64,000 nucleotides of DNA from Candidatus Cloacimonadota bacterium (GTDB lineage Bacteria; Cloacimonadota; Cloacimonadia; JGIOTU-2). The stretch is from assembly GCA_023129415.1 (NCBI GenBank), contig JAGMCF010000058.1, positions 22,336 to 86,335 on the forward strand, given 5' to 3'. The first letter of the stretch is position 1. The number at the start of each line of letters is the position of its first letter. The position numbers and the translations under genes are program-made. The notes beneath the pieces were generated by a model. The model had not been told where the DNA came from. It did no database searches and saw only the letters and a list, made by a program, of their open reading frames with translations. Of the stretch, positions 17,897-27,739 are shown one piece after another.

Positions 17897-19318
17897 ATGA
17901 AATCACTAAAAAACATCCTGAGAGGATTTCAAAAATTTATTAAACAAAAGAATTTAATCCAATGGGATGATAAGATTATTATTGCAGTCTCTGGAGGAAT
18001 AGATTCCACTATCTTACTCTATCTTATAAAAAAAATCTCTGCTGAATATAATCTAACTACTCTGGCTGTTCATATTAATTATAATCTTCGTGGAGAAGAA
18101 TCTGACGAAAATGAAAAATTTGTAAAAAATCTTTGTTATAAATGGGGGATCCCGCTCGTTACCCATCATGTAGAAATTAATGAGAAATCCAATTTAGAAA
18201 ACAAAGCAAGAAACATTCGGATTAGTATTTTCAGAGATCTTTTACAAAAATATGAATTTCAAAAAATCGCATTAGGTCATAATAAAAATGATCAAGCAGA
18301 AACTCTTCTTCTCAATCTCTTTCGTGGTTGTGGAGTTGGTGGAATGAAGGGTATAATCCCAAAATCAAAGGATATTATTCGCCCTTTACTAATTTTCACA
18401 AGAAATGAAATTACTGAATTCGCAAACCAGAATAATATCGAATTCTCAGAAGATTCTTCTAATTTAAACCTTATTTTTGACCGTAACAAAATCCGACATC
18501 AAATTATCCCTGAAATTGAAAAATCATTAAATCCAAAAGTTGTAGAAAAAATGTCTGAAAGTGCCAATATTTTCCAACAAACAGATTCATTTCTGCAAGC
18601 ATATTGCGAAGAAGTATTCCCAGAAATAGTAAAAAAAACAGATAAAGATCATTTTATCCTGAATTTAGACAAACTAAAAAACAAAAATATTATTCTTTTT
18701 TATATAGCAAGAAAGATTTTTGGATTTATAACAGGTTCAGAACAAGATTTTTTCTCAGTTCATTTTGATGCAATTTCCAATTTAATAAGAAGTACTGAAG
18801 GTAAATATATTCAATTACCCAAAGGAATCTTTGCAATAAAAGACAAACAATTTCTAACATTCTCCAAATCTCCTCCTGTCTTTGAATTTAATGATTATAG
18901 CAGACAAATTAATAGAACATCACGCAGAATTCTTTTTAAGGACCATTATATTTCTATCTCAGAACTGAAATCGATTCCGATTCATGGCTATAAATTTACA
19001 CAAAAAAATACATGCTATGTTGATTTAGATAAATTGAAGTTTCCACTTACAATTAGATATCGTCAACCAGGTGATAGATTTACACCGTTAGGTATGCACA
19101 ATCTAAAAAAACTTAAAACCTTTTTCATTGATTCGAAAATACCAAGATTTGAAAGAGATAAAATTATCATCGTTGAAGATCAAAATCAAATTATATGGGT
19201 AGCTGGTATCCGAATTAGTGAGAATGTAAAATTCACATCGCAAACGAAACGAGTTTTAAGAATTAAAAGTATGAAAAGGTTGAAAGACTATCGAAAAGCA
19301 AAAAGAATTAACAAATAA
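17897..19318 (+). CDS. tilS: tRNA(Ile)-lysidine synthetase
   Basis: PP-loop SGGIDS and the conserved tilS-hpt-ftsH gene order. ATG 17897 is preferred over TTG 17858, which lies in an 11-bp tandem repeat. Confidence 0.85.
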   Translation: MKSLKNILRGFQKFIKQKNLIQWDDKIIIAVSGGIDSTILLYLIKKISAEYNLTTLAVHINYNLRGEESDENEKFVKNLCYKWGIPLVTHHVEINEKSNLENKARNIRISIFRDLLQKYEFQKIALGHNKNDQAETLLLNLFRGCGVGGMKGIIPKSKDIIRPLLIFTRNEITEFANQNNIEFSEDSSNLNLIFDRNKIRHQIIPEIEKSLNPKVVEKMSESANIFQQTDSFLQAYCEEVFPEIVKKTDKDHFILNLDKLKNKNIILFYIARKIFGFITGSEQDFFSVHFDAISNLIRSTEGKYIQLPKGIFAIKDKQFLTFSKSPPVFEFNDYSRQINRTSRRILFKDHYISISELKSIPIHGYKFTQKNTCYVDLDKLKFPLTIRYRQPGDRFTPLGMHNLKKLKTFFIDSKIPRFERDKIIIVEDQNQIIWVAGIRISENVKFTSQTKRVLRIKSMKRLKDYRKAKRINK

Positions 19319-19387
19319 GGTTTGACAAATAATATTTAGGATTATATTCTAACAATAGAAGTTGATGAGAAAACTTTTGAGGAAAAC

Positions 19388-19924
19388 ATGAGAAATGATA
19401 TTGAAAAAATTCTAATTTCAAAAGATACTATACAGAAGAAAATAAAAGAATTAGGTGCTCAAATCTCAAGAGATTACAAAGGAAAAGTGCCTATTCTAAT
19501 TAGTATTCTTAAAGGTGGAGTGATCTTTCTTGTAGATTTAATGCACAATATTAATATTCCAATAGAGATAGAATTCCTTGGTGTTGCAAGCTATGGAAGT
19601 TCTACCAAAAGCTCAGGTATTATCAAATTAACAAAAGATTGTAATTATGACATTTCTGGTAGAGATATTATTTTAGTTGAAGATATTATTGATACAGGTC
19701 TTTCACTTAAATATATTATGAATTTATTAAAAAATAAAAATCCTAATTCAATAAAAATTTGTGTACTTCTTGATAAAGCTGAAGCTCATAAACAAGATAT
19801 AAAAATTGACTATAAAGGATTTACTGTGCCAAATGAATTTATTGTTGGATATGGTCTTGATTATAAAGAAAAGTATAGAAACTTACCTTTTATTGGTATT
19901 TTGAAAAAGGAGGTTTACCAATAA
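19388..19924 (+). CDS. hpt: hypoxanthine phosphoribosyltransferase
   Basis: PRPP-binding motif ILVEDIIDTGLSL and FIVGYGLDYKEKYRNLPFIG. Confidence 0.9.
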   Translation: MRNDIEKILISKDTIQKKIKELGAQISRDYKGKVPILISILKGGVIFLVDLMHNINIPIEIEFLGVASYGSSTKSSGIIKLTKDCNYDISGRDIILVEDIIDTGLSLKYIMNLLKNKNPNSIKICVLLDKAEAHKQDIKIDYKGFTVPNEFIVGYGLDYKEKYRNLPFIGILKKEVYQ

Positions 19925-21801
19925 TGAATAACAGAAATCCTCAAAAAAGAGACGAAAAAAAAAATAAATTCCCATTTAAACCTCCGAAGGGTGGTTCGTT
20001 ATTAGTCTGGCTAATTATAATACTTGCGGTTGTTGCCTTTTTCCAATTTTTTTCCGGTGGCGGTCAGATCCTTGATGTATCTTACTCAGAATTTATGAAA
20101 GATATAGAATCTGGTGCTGTTAATGAAATCATATTTAGCGGTAAGGATATAAATTATACAATTGGAAATATTAAAAGACGGACAAATATACCTTTTGAAG
20201 ATCCAGATTTAGTTAAGGAAATTGCCGAAAAACATAAAGAAATTATGATAATTTCGAAAAAACCTTCAATCTTTTCTACTTTATTGTCCTACTGGTTACC
20301 ATTCATTCTATTTATAGGTTTCTGGATATTTATAATGAGATCAATGCAAGGAGGTGCCGGCAAAGTATTTAGTTTTGGAAAAAGTCGTGCAAAATTGCTT
20401 ACTGGAAATCGTTCAAATGTTACATTCAAAGATGTTGCTGGAGTTGATGAAGCCAAAGAAGAATTAGAAGAAATTATAGACTTCCTGAAAGAGCCTAAAA
20501 AATTTCAAAAACTTGGTGGTAGAATTCCCAAAGGAGTTATACTTCTTGGTCCTCCGGGAACAGGAAAAACTCTACTTGCAAAAGCTGTAGCAGGTGAAGC
20601 AAAAGTTCCTTTCTTCAATATAAGTGGTTCGGACTTTGTTGAAATGTTTGTAGGTGTTGGTGCATCCCGTGTCAGAGACCTCTTCAATCAAGGTAAAAAA
20701 AATGCACCTTCTATTATCTTTATAGATGAACTCGATGCAGTTGGCAGACATCGTGGAGCAGGTTTTGGTGGCGGTCATGACGAAAGAGAACAGACATTAA
20801 ATCAACTTTTAGTAGAAATGGATGGGTTCGAACCAAATGAAAGTGTTATTATTATTGCCGCCACAAATCGTCCAGATATTCTTGATCCAGCCCTTCTTCG
20901 TCCGGGAAGATTTGATAGACAGGTTGTTGTTGATAGACCAGACTTGAGAGGTAGAGAAGGAATATTAAAAGTTCATGTCAGAAAAGTTCCTCTTGACAAA
21001 AAGGTAGACTTATCAGTAATTGCTAAAAGTACTCCTGGATTTTCTGGTGCAGACTTAGCTAATTTAGTTAATGAAGCATGCTTGTGGGGAGCTCGTATAG
21101 GACATAAGGCAGTTCAAATGGATGATTTTGAAAATGCTAAAGATAAAGTTATTATGGGTAAAGAAAGAAGAAGTCTCATGCTTACTGAGACAGAAAAAAG
21201 AAATTCCGCATTTCATGAATCCGGACATGTCTTGGTCGCTAAATTTATCCCAGGTAGTGATCCAATACACAAAGTTACAATTATACCTCGTGGACGCTCA
21301 CTTGGTTCCACACATCTCCTGCCAATTGATGACCGTCATACCTACTCAAAAAGTTATTGCCAGACAAAAATTGCACATCTGTTAGGAGGAAGAGCTGCAG
21401 ATGAAATTTCTGGAGGTGAACCTACTACAGGTGCAGGAGATGATCTCAAAAAAGTCACTGAACTTGCAAGAAAAATGGTTTGTGAATGGGGTATGAGTGA
21501 TAAAATTGGACCTATGACCGTTGGCGAAAGAGAAGAAAGTATTTTCCTTGGCAAGGAATTCGGCAGGCAAGAAAACTACAGCGAAAATATTGCAAACCTT
21601 ATTGACCAAGAAATAAAAAAATTTATTGAAGAGGGTTATCAGTTATGTAAAAAAATCTTAACTGAAAATAAAAATTTATTAAATATTTTAGCTGAAGCTT
21701 TGCTTCAGAAAGAAACTTTAAGTGGACAAGAAGTTGATAAAATCTACAAAAAATACTTAAAAGAAAAACAAAAAGAAAACAAGGCAAACCAAAATGATTA
21801 A
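19924..21801 (+). CDS. ftsH: ATP-dependent zinc metalloprotease FtsH
   Basis: Two TM segments, AAA Walker [12 protein letters not shown] region, and zinc motif HESGH. Confidence 0.95.
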   Translation: MNNRNPQKRDEKKNKFPFKPPKGGSLLVWLIIILAVVAFFQFFSGGGQILDVSYSEFMKDIESGAVNEIIFSGKDINYTIGNIKRRTNIPFEDPDLVKEIAEKHKEIMIISKKPSIFSTLLSYWLPFILFIGFWIFIMRSMQGGAGKVFSFGKSRAKLLTGNRSNVTFKDVAGVDEAKEELEEIIDFLKEPKKFQKLGGRIPKGVILLGPPGTGKTLLAKAVAGEAKVPFFNISGSDFVEMFVGVGASRVRDLFNQGKKNAPSIIFIDELDAVGRHRGAGFGGGHDEREQTLNQLLVEMDGFEPNESVIIIAATNRPDILDPALLRPGRFDRQVVVDRPDLRGREGILKVHVRKVPLDKKVDLSVIAKSTPGFSGADLANLVNEACLWGARIGHKAVQMDDFENAKDKVIMGKERRSLMLTETEKRNSAFHESGHVLVAKFIPGSDPIHKVTIIPRGRSLGSTHLLPIDDRHTYSKSYCQTKIAHLLGGRAADEISGGEPTTGAGDDLKKVTELARKMVCEWGMSDKIGPMTVGEREESIFLGKEFGRQENYSENIANLIDQEIKKFIEEGYQLCKKILTENKNLLNILAEALLQKETLSGQEVDKIYKKYLKEKQKENKANQND

Positions 21802-22321
21802 AGGAACGAGTATTATAGGAGTGAAAAAAGGAAATAAAGTAGCAATTGGTGGAGATGGACAGATAACACATGGAGAGACGATATTCAAATCTCATGCACA
21901 TAAAGTACGGACTTTATATGATGGAAAAGTAATTGCTGGCTTTGCTGGTGCAACTGCTGATGCTTTAACTCTTTTTGAAAGATTTGAAGTTAAACTAAAA
22001 CAATTTAAGGGTAATTTGATGCGTTCAGCAGTAGAATTGGCAAAAGATTGGAGAACTGATAAAATATTAAGACGTCTCGAAGCTATGATAATTGTTGGCG
22101 ATAAAAAAAATCTGCTTATAATCTCCGGAAATGGTGATGTTATTGAACCAGATAACAATATTGCTGCTATTGGTTCAGGTGGTCCTTATGCAAAAGCTGC
22201 AGCATTAGTGCTAATCAAAAATAAAAATCTTTCACCAAAAGAAATAGTAGAAAAATCACTAGAAATTGCAGCAAATATTTGTATCTACACCAATACTAAT
22301 AGAGTTATTGAGGAACTATAA
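21794..22321 (+). CDS. hslV: ATP-dependent protease subunit HslV
   Basis: [21 protein letters not shown] and GSGGPYA. It overlaps the ftsH 3' end by 8 nt. Confidence 0.9.
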   Translation: MIKGTSIIGVKKGNKVAIGGDGQITHGETIFKSHAHKVRTLYDGKVIAGFAGATADALTLFERFEVKLKQFKGNLMRSAVELAKDWRTDKILRRLEAMIIVGDKKNLLIISGNGDVIEPDNNIAAIGSGGPYAKAAALVLIKNKNLSPKEIVEKSLEIAANICIYTNTNRVIEEL

Positions 22322-22323
22322 TT

Positions 22324-23709
22324 ATGGAAATGAAAGAACTTACACCTAAACAAATTGTAAAAGAACTAAACAAATATATCATTAGTCAGGATAAAGCCAA
22401 AAAAGCAGTTGCAATAGCTCTTCGTAATCGCTGGCGACGACAAAATGTTCCTGAAGATTTACGTGATGAAATCTTACCTAACAATATCATTCTAATTGGA
22501 CCTACAGGTGTTGGCAAAACAGAAATTTCAAGACGACTTTCAAACCTTGTAAATGCTCCATTCATCAAAATTGAGGCATCAAAGTTTACAGAAGTGGGTT
22601 ATGTTGGCAGAGATGTAGAATCAATCATCCGTGAACTTGTTAACCTTGCAGTAAGTCAAGTAAGAGAAGAGATGATTAGTGCTGTAGAAGAGCAAGCAAA
22701 AAAACGGGCTGAAGAAAGAGTGCTTGACCTCCTGTTTCCACCTATCAAAAGAAGAAGAAAAGCAAACCTAACATACGAACAGAAGCGTCAAGAAAGATTG
22801 GAATATGAAGAGGTAAAAAGTAAACAAAATCAAACCAGAGAAAAACTCCGAAAAATGCTTCATAAAGGCTCTCTGGATGAAAGGATTGTAGAAGTTAAAA
22901 TTGATGAATTGCCTGAACCAAGAGTTGAAATCTTCTCAAGCATGGGATTGGACAGTTTTGACATAAATATGGGTGAAATATTAGCAGGATTTATGCCCGG
23001 GCAGATAGGTAAACGAAAAGAGATGAAAGTAAACGAAGCTTTAGATTTCCTATTCTATAATGAATCCAGAAAATTGGTTGATATGAACGAAGTAAAAGAA
23101 ACTGCTATTAACAGAGTTGAGGAAAATGGAATTGTTTTTCTCGATGAGATTGATAAAATAGCTGGCGAAAAATCAAAATCAGGTCCTGATGTTTCCAGAG
23201 AAGGCGTGCAAAGAGACCTCCTGCCTATTATTGAAGGAACAAATGTGCCTACTAAATATGGAATGGTAGACACTACACATGTTCTTTTTATAGCTTCAGG
23301 AGCCTTTCATGTCTCTAAACCTTCTGACCTGATACCTGAACTGCAAGGAAGATTTCCAATAAGAGTAGAATTACAAAGTCTTACAAAAGAGGATTTTGCA
23401 AAAATTTTAATATTGCCTAAAAATGCACTTATAAAACAATATACTGCTTTGATGAAAACTGAAGGTGTGGATATAACTTTTACTAAAGGTGCAATCAAAG
23501 AAATTTCAAATTATGCTGCAATGGCAAATACTAAAATGGAAGATATAGGAGCTCGAAGACTCCATACAATTATGACAATTCTTCTCGAAAAATACCTATA
23601 TGAACTTCCTGACCCTGAATGCAATAAAATAAAAGTTACTAAAGAGGATGTAAGTAAAATTCTACAAAAAATTATTACCGACGAGGATTTAACAAAATAT
23701 ATTCTTTAA
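22324..23709 (+). CDS. hslU: ATP-dependent protease ATPase subunit HslU
   Basis: LTPKQIVKELNKYIISQDKAKKAVAIALRNRWRR, Walker A GPTGVGKT, and IVFLDEIDKI. Confidence 0.95.
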   Translation: MEMKELTPKQIVKELNKYIISQDKAKKAVAIALRNRWRRQNVPEDLRDEILPNNIILIGPTGVGKTEISRRLSNLVNAPFIKIEASKFTEVGYVGRDVESIIRELVNLAVSQVREEMISAVEEQAKKRAEERVLDLLFPPIKRRRKANLTYEQKRQERLEYEEVKSKQNQTREKLRKMLHKGSLDERIVEVKIDELPEPRVEIFSSMGLDSFDINMGEILAGFMPGQIGKRKEMKVNEALDFLFYNESRKLVDMNEVKETAINRVEENGIVFLDEIDKIAGEKSKSGPDVSREGVQRDLLPIIEGTNVPTKYGMVDTTHVLFIASGAFHVSKPSDLIPELQGRFPIRVELQSLTKEDFAKILILPKNALIKQYTALMKTEGVDITFTKGAIKEISNYAAMANTKMEDIGARRLHTIMTILLEKYLYELPDPECNKIKVTKEDVSKILQKIITDEDLTKYIL

Positions 23710-23771
23710 TAAAAACCAATTAATGAAAATATTATACTAGTTTATATTGTAACTTACTCCTAATCTGGACA

Positions 23772-23843
23772 AGCCCGTTCTCCGTAGTAGCCTACTCCGC
23801 CGAAGTAGCTTTGGCTACGAAGGCTGGACTACGAAGGGTGAAC
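23772..23843. repeat. cccgttctccgtag ... ctacgaagggtgaa hairpin-type module (long form)
   Basis: The outer arms match the module at 11753-11775 (cccgttctccgtagcactgcgaagggtgaa). They are the reverse complement of the ttcatccttcg...cggagaatgg arms of the 68-bp module. Confidence 0.65.
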
Positions 23844-23886
23844 CAGAACCAAAAAGGAAAATATTAGGCAATGATAAAGCCAAGAA

Positions 23887-24024
23887 TTCCAAAAAACAAA
23901 TTCCAAAAAACAAATAAATTACAAATACAAATAATGAAATAACAAACGATCTAATGCTTCGATTTGTTTTGAATTTGAAATTTTGATCATTGTTTTTTAT
24001 TTGTAATTTGTGTTTTGGATTTTG
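23887..24024. repeat. about 140-nt AT-rich imperfect palindrome
   Basis: The left arm ttccaaaaaacaaat...acaaataatgaaataacaaacgatc is largely complementary to the right arm gatttgttttgaatt...ttatttgtaatttgtgttttgga. Confidence 0.55.
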
Positions 24025-24043
24025 ATATTTTATTAGAAATTAG

Positions 24044-24128
24044 TCCCGATAGGTCGGGAGTAATTAGTCATTTAATTAAATAATTTCACGACAACTTGTT
24101 GGTAAGTTTCATTTTTTAAGTGCCTAAT
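24044..24128 (+). repeat. 85-nt conserved intergenic element, copy 1
   Basis: tcccgataggtcgggagtaattagtcatttaattaaataatttcacgacaacttgttggtaagttt... is about 80% identical to 31788-31872. Confidence 0.8.
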
Positions 24129-24331
24129 AATTATTATAAGAATTTTCACATTTATTCTATCCTTATTAAAACAATATATTCTAAATTTTAAACTCACTAC
24201 ATTCCCAAAATTCTTTACAAAAAAAATATCTCTTTAAGTTTTCATATCTGACAAGGAGCAAATATGCAAAATAATCCAATTTGTTTTTGGGGAACTTGCA
24301 TCCCATGATGCAGAAAAATAAGTTTTAAAAA

Positions 24332-24640
24332 ATGAGTAAATCTTTTTACCAAAGAGTAATAGATATTATAAAAAACATCCCTGAAGGCAAAGTGGCTACC
24401 TACGGACAGATTGCATCTTATGCAGGTAATTCCTATGCATCTCGTCAGGTTGCTTATATATTACATTCATCTTCTCGTAAAGAAAATCTTCCCTGGCACA
24501 GAGTTGTAAACAGCAAAGGCAGTATTTCATTGAAACTTGGTTATGGATATGAACTTCAAAAAGAAATGTTAAAAGATGAAGGAATAATCTTTAACAAAAA
24601 TGGTCGTATAGATTTAAAACGCTTTCTCTGGCTTCCTTAA
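24332..24640 (+). CDS. alkyltransferase-like (ATL) protein: MGMT DNA-binding fold lacking the acceptor cysteine
   Basis: It is 102 aa. GKVATYGQIA matches the MGMT fold, and the active-site PCHRV is replaced by PWHRVV, as in Atl1-type proteins. Confidence 0.7.
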   Translation: MSKSFYQRVIDIIKNIPEGKVATYGQIASYAGNSYASRQVAYILHSSSRKENLPWHRVVNSKGSISLKLGYGYELQKEMLKDEGIIFNKNGRIDLKRFLWLP

Positions 24641-24829
24641 GAAAAAGAATCAGAAATGGATTAGGCTTTCGCTTGTTTCGTAAAGATATTCTATACACAT
24701 TATAATTTATGTGAAAAAATATTCATCTATAAGGATGTATATCTGAAAATAATTTGGAAGCAATCTTAATATAGAGGGATATGCACAAGTAACCGTGGAT
24801 ATAAACGAGGTACATGCAATTATTCTTAG

Positions 24830-25813
24830 ATGAGAAAAATGACAAAAAAATTGGTCTTAAACAAGAAGATTTCTATCATCTTAGTTCCAGAAGCACCATA
24901 TAATTTTGATGCTAATTTTCATAAGTCATCTCATTTCCCATCTTCTGATAATGTTTGGGAAAAAGGAAGATACTGGATAACAATGATCTGGAAAAGCAAA
25001 AAGTTAGGATTAATATTTGAAAATACTGGAACAGTAGACGAACCCAAAATTAAGGTTAATATCTATTTTCAAAAAGAGTTATCAAAAGATTATATAGATA
25101 GTCTAATTCCTGAAATTCGGTGGAGATTTAATTTTGACCAGGATATATCAGAATTTTGTAAGAGATTCAAAAACGATAATATTCTTGGTCCGATTATTAA
25201 AAAATGGAGAGGAATGAAACCAATCGCTGCAAATTCTCTTTATGAAACTCTAATTATTTACCTTGTGCTGCAAAATGCGACTGTAAGAAGAAGCGTTCAA
25301 ATGCTTGAGAACCTATTTGATAGATTTGGGGGAAAAGTAAAATTTGATGGACGAATTCTTTCAACTTTTTGGCAACCCAAAGATATGGCAAAATCTACAG
25401 AACAAGAATTAAAAGATTTAAAAGTTGGATATAGAGCGAAGTTCTTTACGAAAATTACAGAGCAGTTTGTAAATAAAAAAATTAATGAATTCACTTTAAG
25501 AAAAACACCTAAAGAAATAATAAAAAAAGAAATGTTAAAGCTCTATGGAATTGGTCCCGCTTCTATTGAATATTTGCTTTTCGATGATTTCTACTTTCTT
25601 GATAGTTTAGAAACAATTCCACCCTGGGAACAAAAGATAATGTCAAGGATAATATTTAATGAAAAATTAATCCCTGTAAAAGAAATATTGGAATTTTTTA
25701 AGAAGCGATATACAGGATGGGAAAAATTAGCGTTTCATTACATCTGGGAAGATATTTTTTGGAAGAGAAAACATCAACATATTGAATGGTTAGAAAAAGA
25801 GATAAGATTATAG
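24830..25813 (+). CDS. HhH-GPD superfamily base-excision glycosylase (AlkA/3-methyladenine glycosylase II-like)
   Basis: LYETLIIYLVLQNATVRRS, LKVGYRAKF, and helix-hairpin-helix LYGIGPASIEYLLF. The residue at the usual catalytic Asp position is unclear (..PPWEQK..). Confidence 0.55.
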   Translation: MRKMTKKLVLNKKISIILVPEAPYNFDANFHKSSHFPSSDNVWEKGRYWITMIWKSKKLGLIFENTGTVDEPKIKVNIYFQKELSKDYIDSLIPEIRWRFNFDQDISEFCKRFKNDNILGPIIKKWRGMKPIAANSLYETLIIYLVLQNATVRRSVQMLENLFDRFGGKVKFDGRILSTFWQPKDMAKSTEQELKDLKVGYRAKFFTKITEQFVNKKINEFTLRKTPKEIIKKEMLKLYGIGPASIEYLLFDDFYFLDSLETIPPWEQKIMSRIIFNEKLIPVKEILEFFKKRYTGWEKLAFHYIWEDIFWKRKHQHIEWLEKEIRL

Positions 25814-26160
25814 GTATGCCGTATCAAGTGTGCCAGCGACTTCGTACAACAGCGTGTTTGCGACGCTTCGCTAAATCCCTTCGAGACTTTGCAAACGCTC
25901 GGAATGCTATCCGAAATTTTTTATATTTAATGTCACTGGTGTCGCATTAAAGTGTCATTAAATCCTTATAACTTCTGCTATTTTGCGAAGTTAAGTGCTA
26001 TGAAAAAATTAATCGATTTTGACTTTAAATTTTTACTTGCCCTTATGTGTTATCCAAATCCCGTAAGAAATTTTATTTCTTTTGTTATTCCTCAAGACAA
26101 GCGCGAAAAACGCAAAAACAACTTATTTAAATTCAATATTGTCCGTTTGCCTTTGCGCAG

Positions 26161-26290
26161 CCTGTCCGCCGTAATACTATGGAAGGCGGGCCTGTCCGCC
26201 GTAATACTATGGAAGGCGGGCCTGTCCGCCGTAATACTATGGAAGGCGGGCCTGTCCGCCGTATCCCGAAGATTCGGGAGGAAGGCGGGC
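26161..26290. repeat. tandem array of a 30-bp hairpin unit (3 perfect copies plus 1 copy carrying a nested tcccgaagattcggga hairpin)
   Basis: cctgtccgccgtaatactatggaaggcggg occurs three times (26161-26250), followed by cctgtccgccgta[tcccgaagattcggga]ggaaggcgggc. Confidence 0.9.
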
Positions 26291-26390
26291 TACGACGAAA
26301 CAAGGTATTTCTTTTTCGTGTTTTTCGTGGGAAAGAGTTTTTAGAGTGAACCCATGTATATTTTAAAATTAGTAAAATTTAGAAGGAATA

Positions 26391-27194
26391 ATGATAAAAT
26401 CTTTAGGGAATAATAAATGGATAATGGATTATCACATACATACAACTCTTTCTGATGGCAAAGGCAATCATAAGGATTATATAAAAACGGCTCAAAAAAG
26501 AAAAATAGATGAAATTGGATTCTCCGACCATTTATGTTTAAAGAAAGTGAGTTGGGCAATGGAACTTTCGCATATCTCTTCTATGATAGAAACAATTAAT
26601 CATCTGAAAGAAAATTCAAAGGCCGTTATCAAATTAGGCATAGAAATGGATTACTTTCTTGGTTATGAGGATAATATTAAAGAAATCATTGATAGCATTC
26701 CTTTTGATTATGTGATTGGTTCCGTTCATTTTATAAATGATTGGACAGTTGATCACCCTGATAATATTTCAGAATATGATAAATGGGATATAGATGAATT
26801 ATACAAAGTTTACTTTAATTTAGTCCAAATGGCAGCTAAATCTAAATTGTTTGATATTATTGGTCATCCTGATGTTATAAAAAAATTTGGTTTCAAACCT
26901 AAAAGAGATATAAGTATTTTATTAGAAGAAACTGCTGAGGTTTTTAAAAATAGTGGAATTTGTGTTGAAATTAATACAAGTGGATTAACAAAACCTTGTA
27001 AAGAGATTTATCCAGGTAAAAAACTTATAAAAATGTGTTTTGATAAAGGAGTTCCTGTTATACTTGGTTCTGATGCGCATAGACCAAAAGATATCGGACA
27101 GTATTTTGATAAAGCATTAAAATTGCTTAAAGATGTTGGATATACAGAAATTGTTCAATTCACAAAAAGGAAAAGAAAATTTATAAGAATATGA
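26391..27194 (+). CDS. PHP-family phosphatase (histidinol-phosphatase HisJ-like)
   Basis: Metal-ligand motifs DYHIHT, GFSDH, GSVHF, IGHPD, EINTSG and GSDAH. An alternative start is ATG 26424. Confidence 0.7.
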   Translation: MIKSLGNNKWIMDYHIHTTLSDGKGNHKDYIKTAQKRKIDEIGFSDHLCLKKVSWAMELSHISSMIETINHLKENSKAVIKLGIEMDYFLGYEDNIKEIIDSIPFDYVIGSVHFINDWTVDHPDNISEYDKWDIDELYKVYFNLVQMAAKSKLFDIIGHPDVIKKFGFKPKRDISILLEETAEVFKNSGICVEINTSGLTKPCKEIYPGKKLIKMCFDKGVPVILGSDAHRPKDIGQYFDKALKLLKDVGYTEIVQFTKRKRKFIRI

Positions 27195-27739
27195 AGGAAG
27201 GAAAAAATGTAATGAAAACCGAAATAAAAATTTATAAACAAGGGTTAGAAGAATACACTAAAGTAGGCATATTTTTGGGCAATCTTCTGATGCTCCTGTG
27301 GATTGCTCTGGGAACTATTGGATGTTGGTTCTTGTTTCCGCTGGCAGCCTGGATTTATCTTGCTTTTGCTATTATAATGGTTGGGATTATGTTAAGAAAA
27401 TTACTTTGCATAAATTGTTATTATTACAACAAATGGTGCTGTATGGGTTGGGGTAAACTTTCTGCTCTATTTTTTAAAAAAGGCAATATTGAAAAATTCA
27501 ATACAAGTATTGGCCAAAAACTTGCTCCCATTACTTACGGAATTTTAACACTTCTTCCTCTTGTTTTAATTGTTATTTCAATCATTCAAAAATTTGCTGT
27601 CTCTAAAATAGTTGTGTTATTGCTTCTGCTTTTGATCACATTTTACAGTGGAGCAATCAGCAGGAAAAGAACCTGTGCAAAATGTAAGATGAGATTAATA
27701 TGTCCGGGAAGTGCTGTTCGTCCCCACACAAATGGATAG
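27191..27739 (+). CDS. Cys-rich polytopic membrane protein, function unknown
   Basis: About 4 hydrophobic helices, with CINCYYYNKWCC and a C-terminal [14 protein letters not shown]. The last 44 nt of this motif recur at 31674-31717. Confidence 0.5.
   Translation: MKEGKNVMKTEIKIYKQGLEEYTKVGIFLGNLLMLLWIALGTIGCWFLFPLAAWIYLAFAIIMVGIMLRKLLCINCYYYNKWCCMGWGKLSALFFKKGNIEKFNTSIGQKLAPITYGILTLLPLVLIVISIIQKFAVSKIVVLLLLLLITFYSGAISRKRTCAKCKMRLICPGSAVRPHTNG
27672..27715 (+). repeat. 44-bp direct repeat, left copy (3' end of the membrane-protein gene / 5' end of the GIY-YIG ORF)
   Basis: cctgtgcaaaatgtaagatgagattaatatgtccgggaagtgct matches 31674-31717 at 43 of 44 positions. Confidence 0.9.

Noticed and set aside
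21794-21808. HslV begins MIKG before the catalytic Thr, which could mean a mis-called start
   Set aside because: No alternative canonical start places Thr at position 2, and short HslV propeptides are plausible. There is not enough evidence to call this an anomaly.
25952-26344. A 130-aa ORF containing AVILWKAGLS repeated three times, and the possibility of a CRISPR array
   Set aside because: The ORF is only the translation of the 30-bp tandem hairpin array. The units are directly adjacent with no spacers, and no cas genes are present, so it is neither a CDS nor a CRISPR array.
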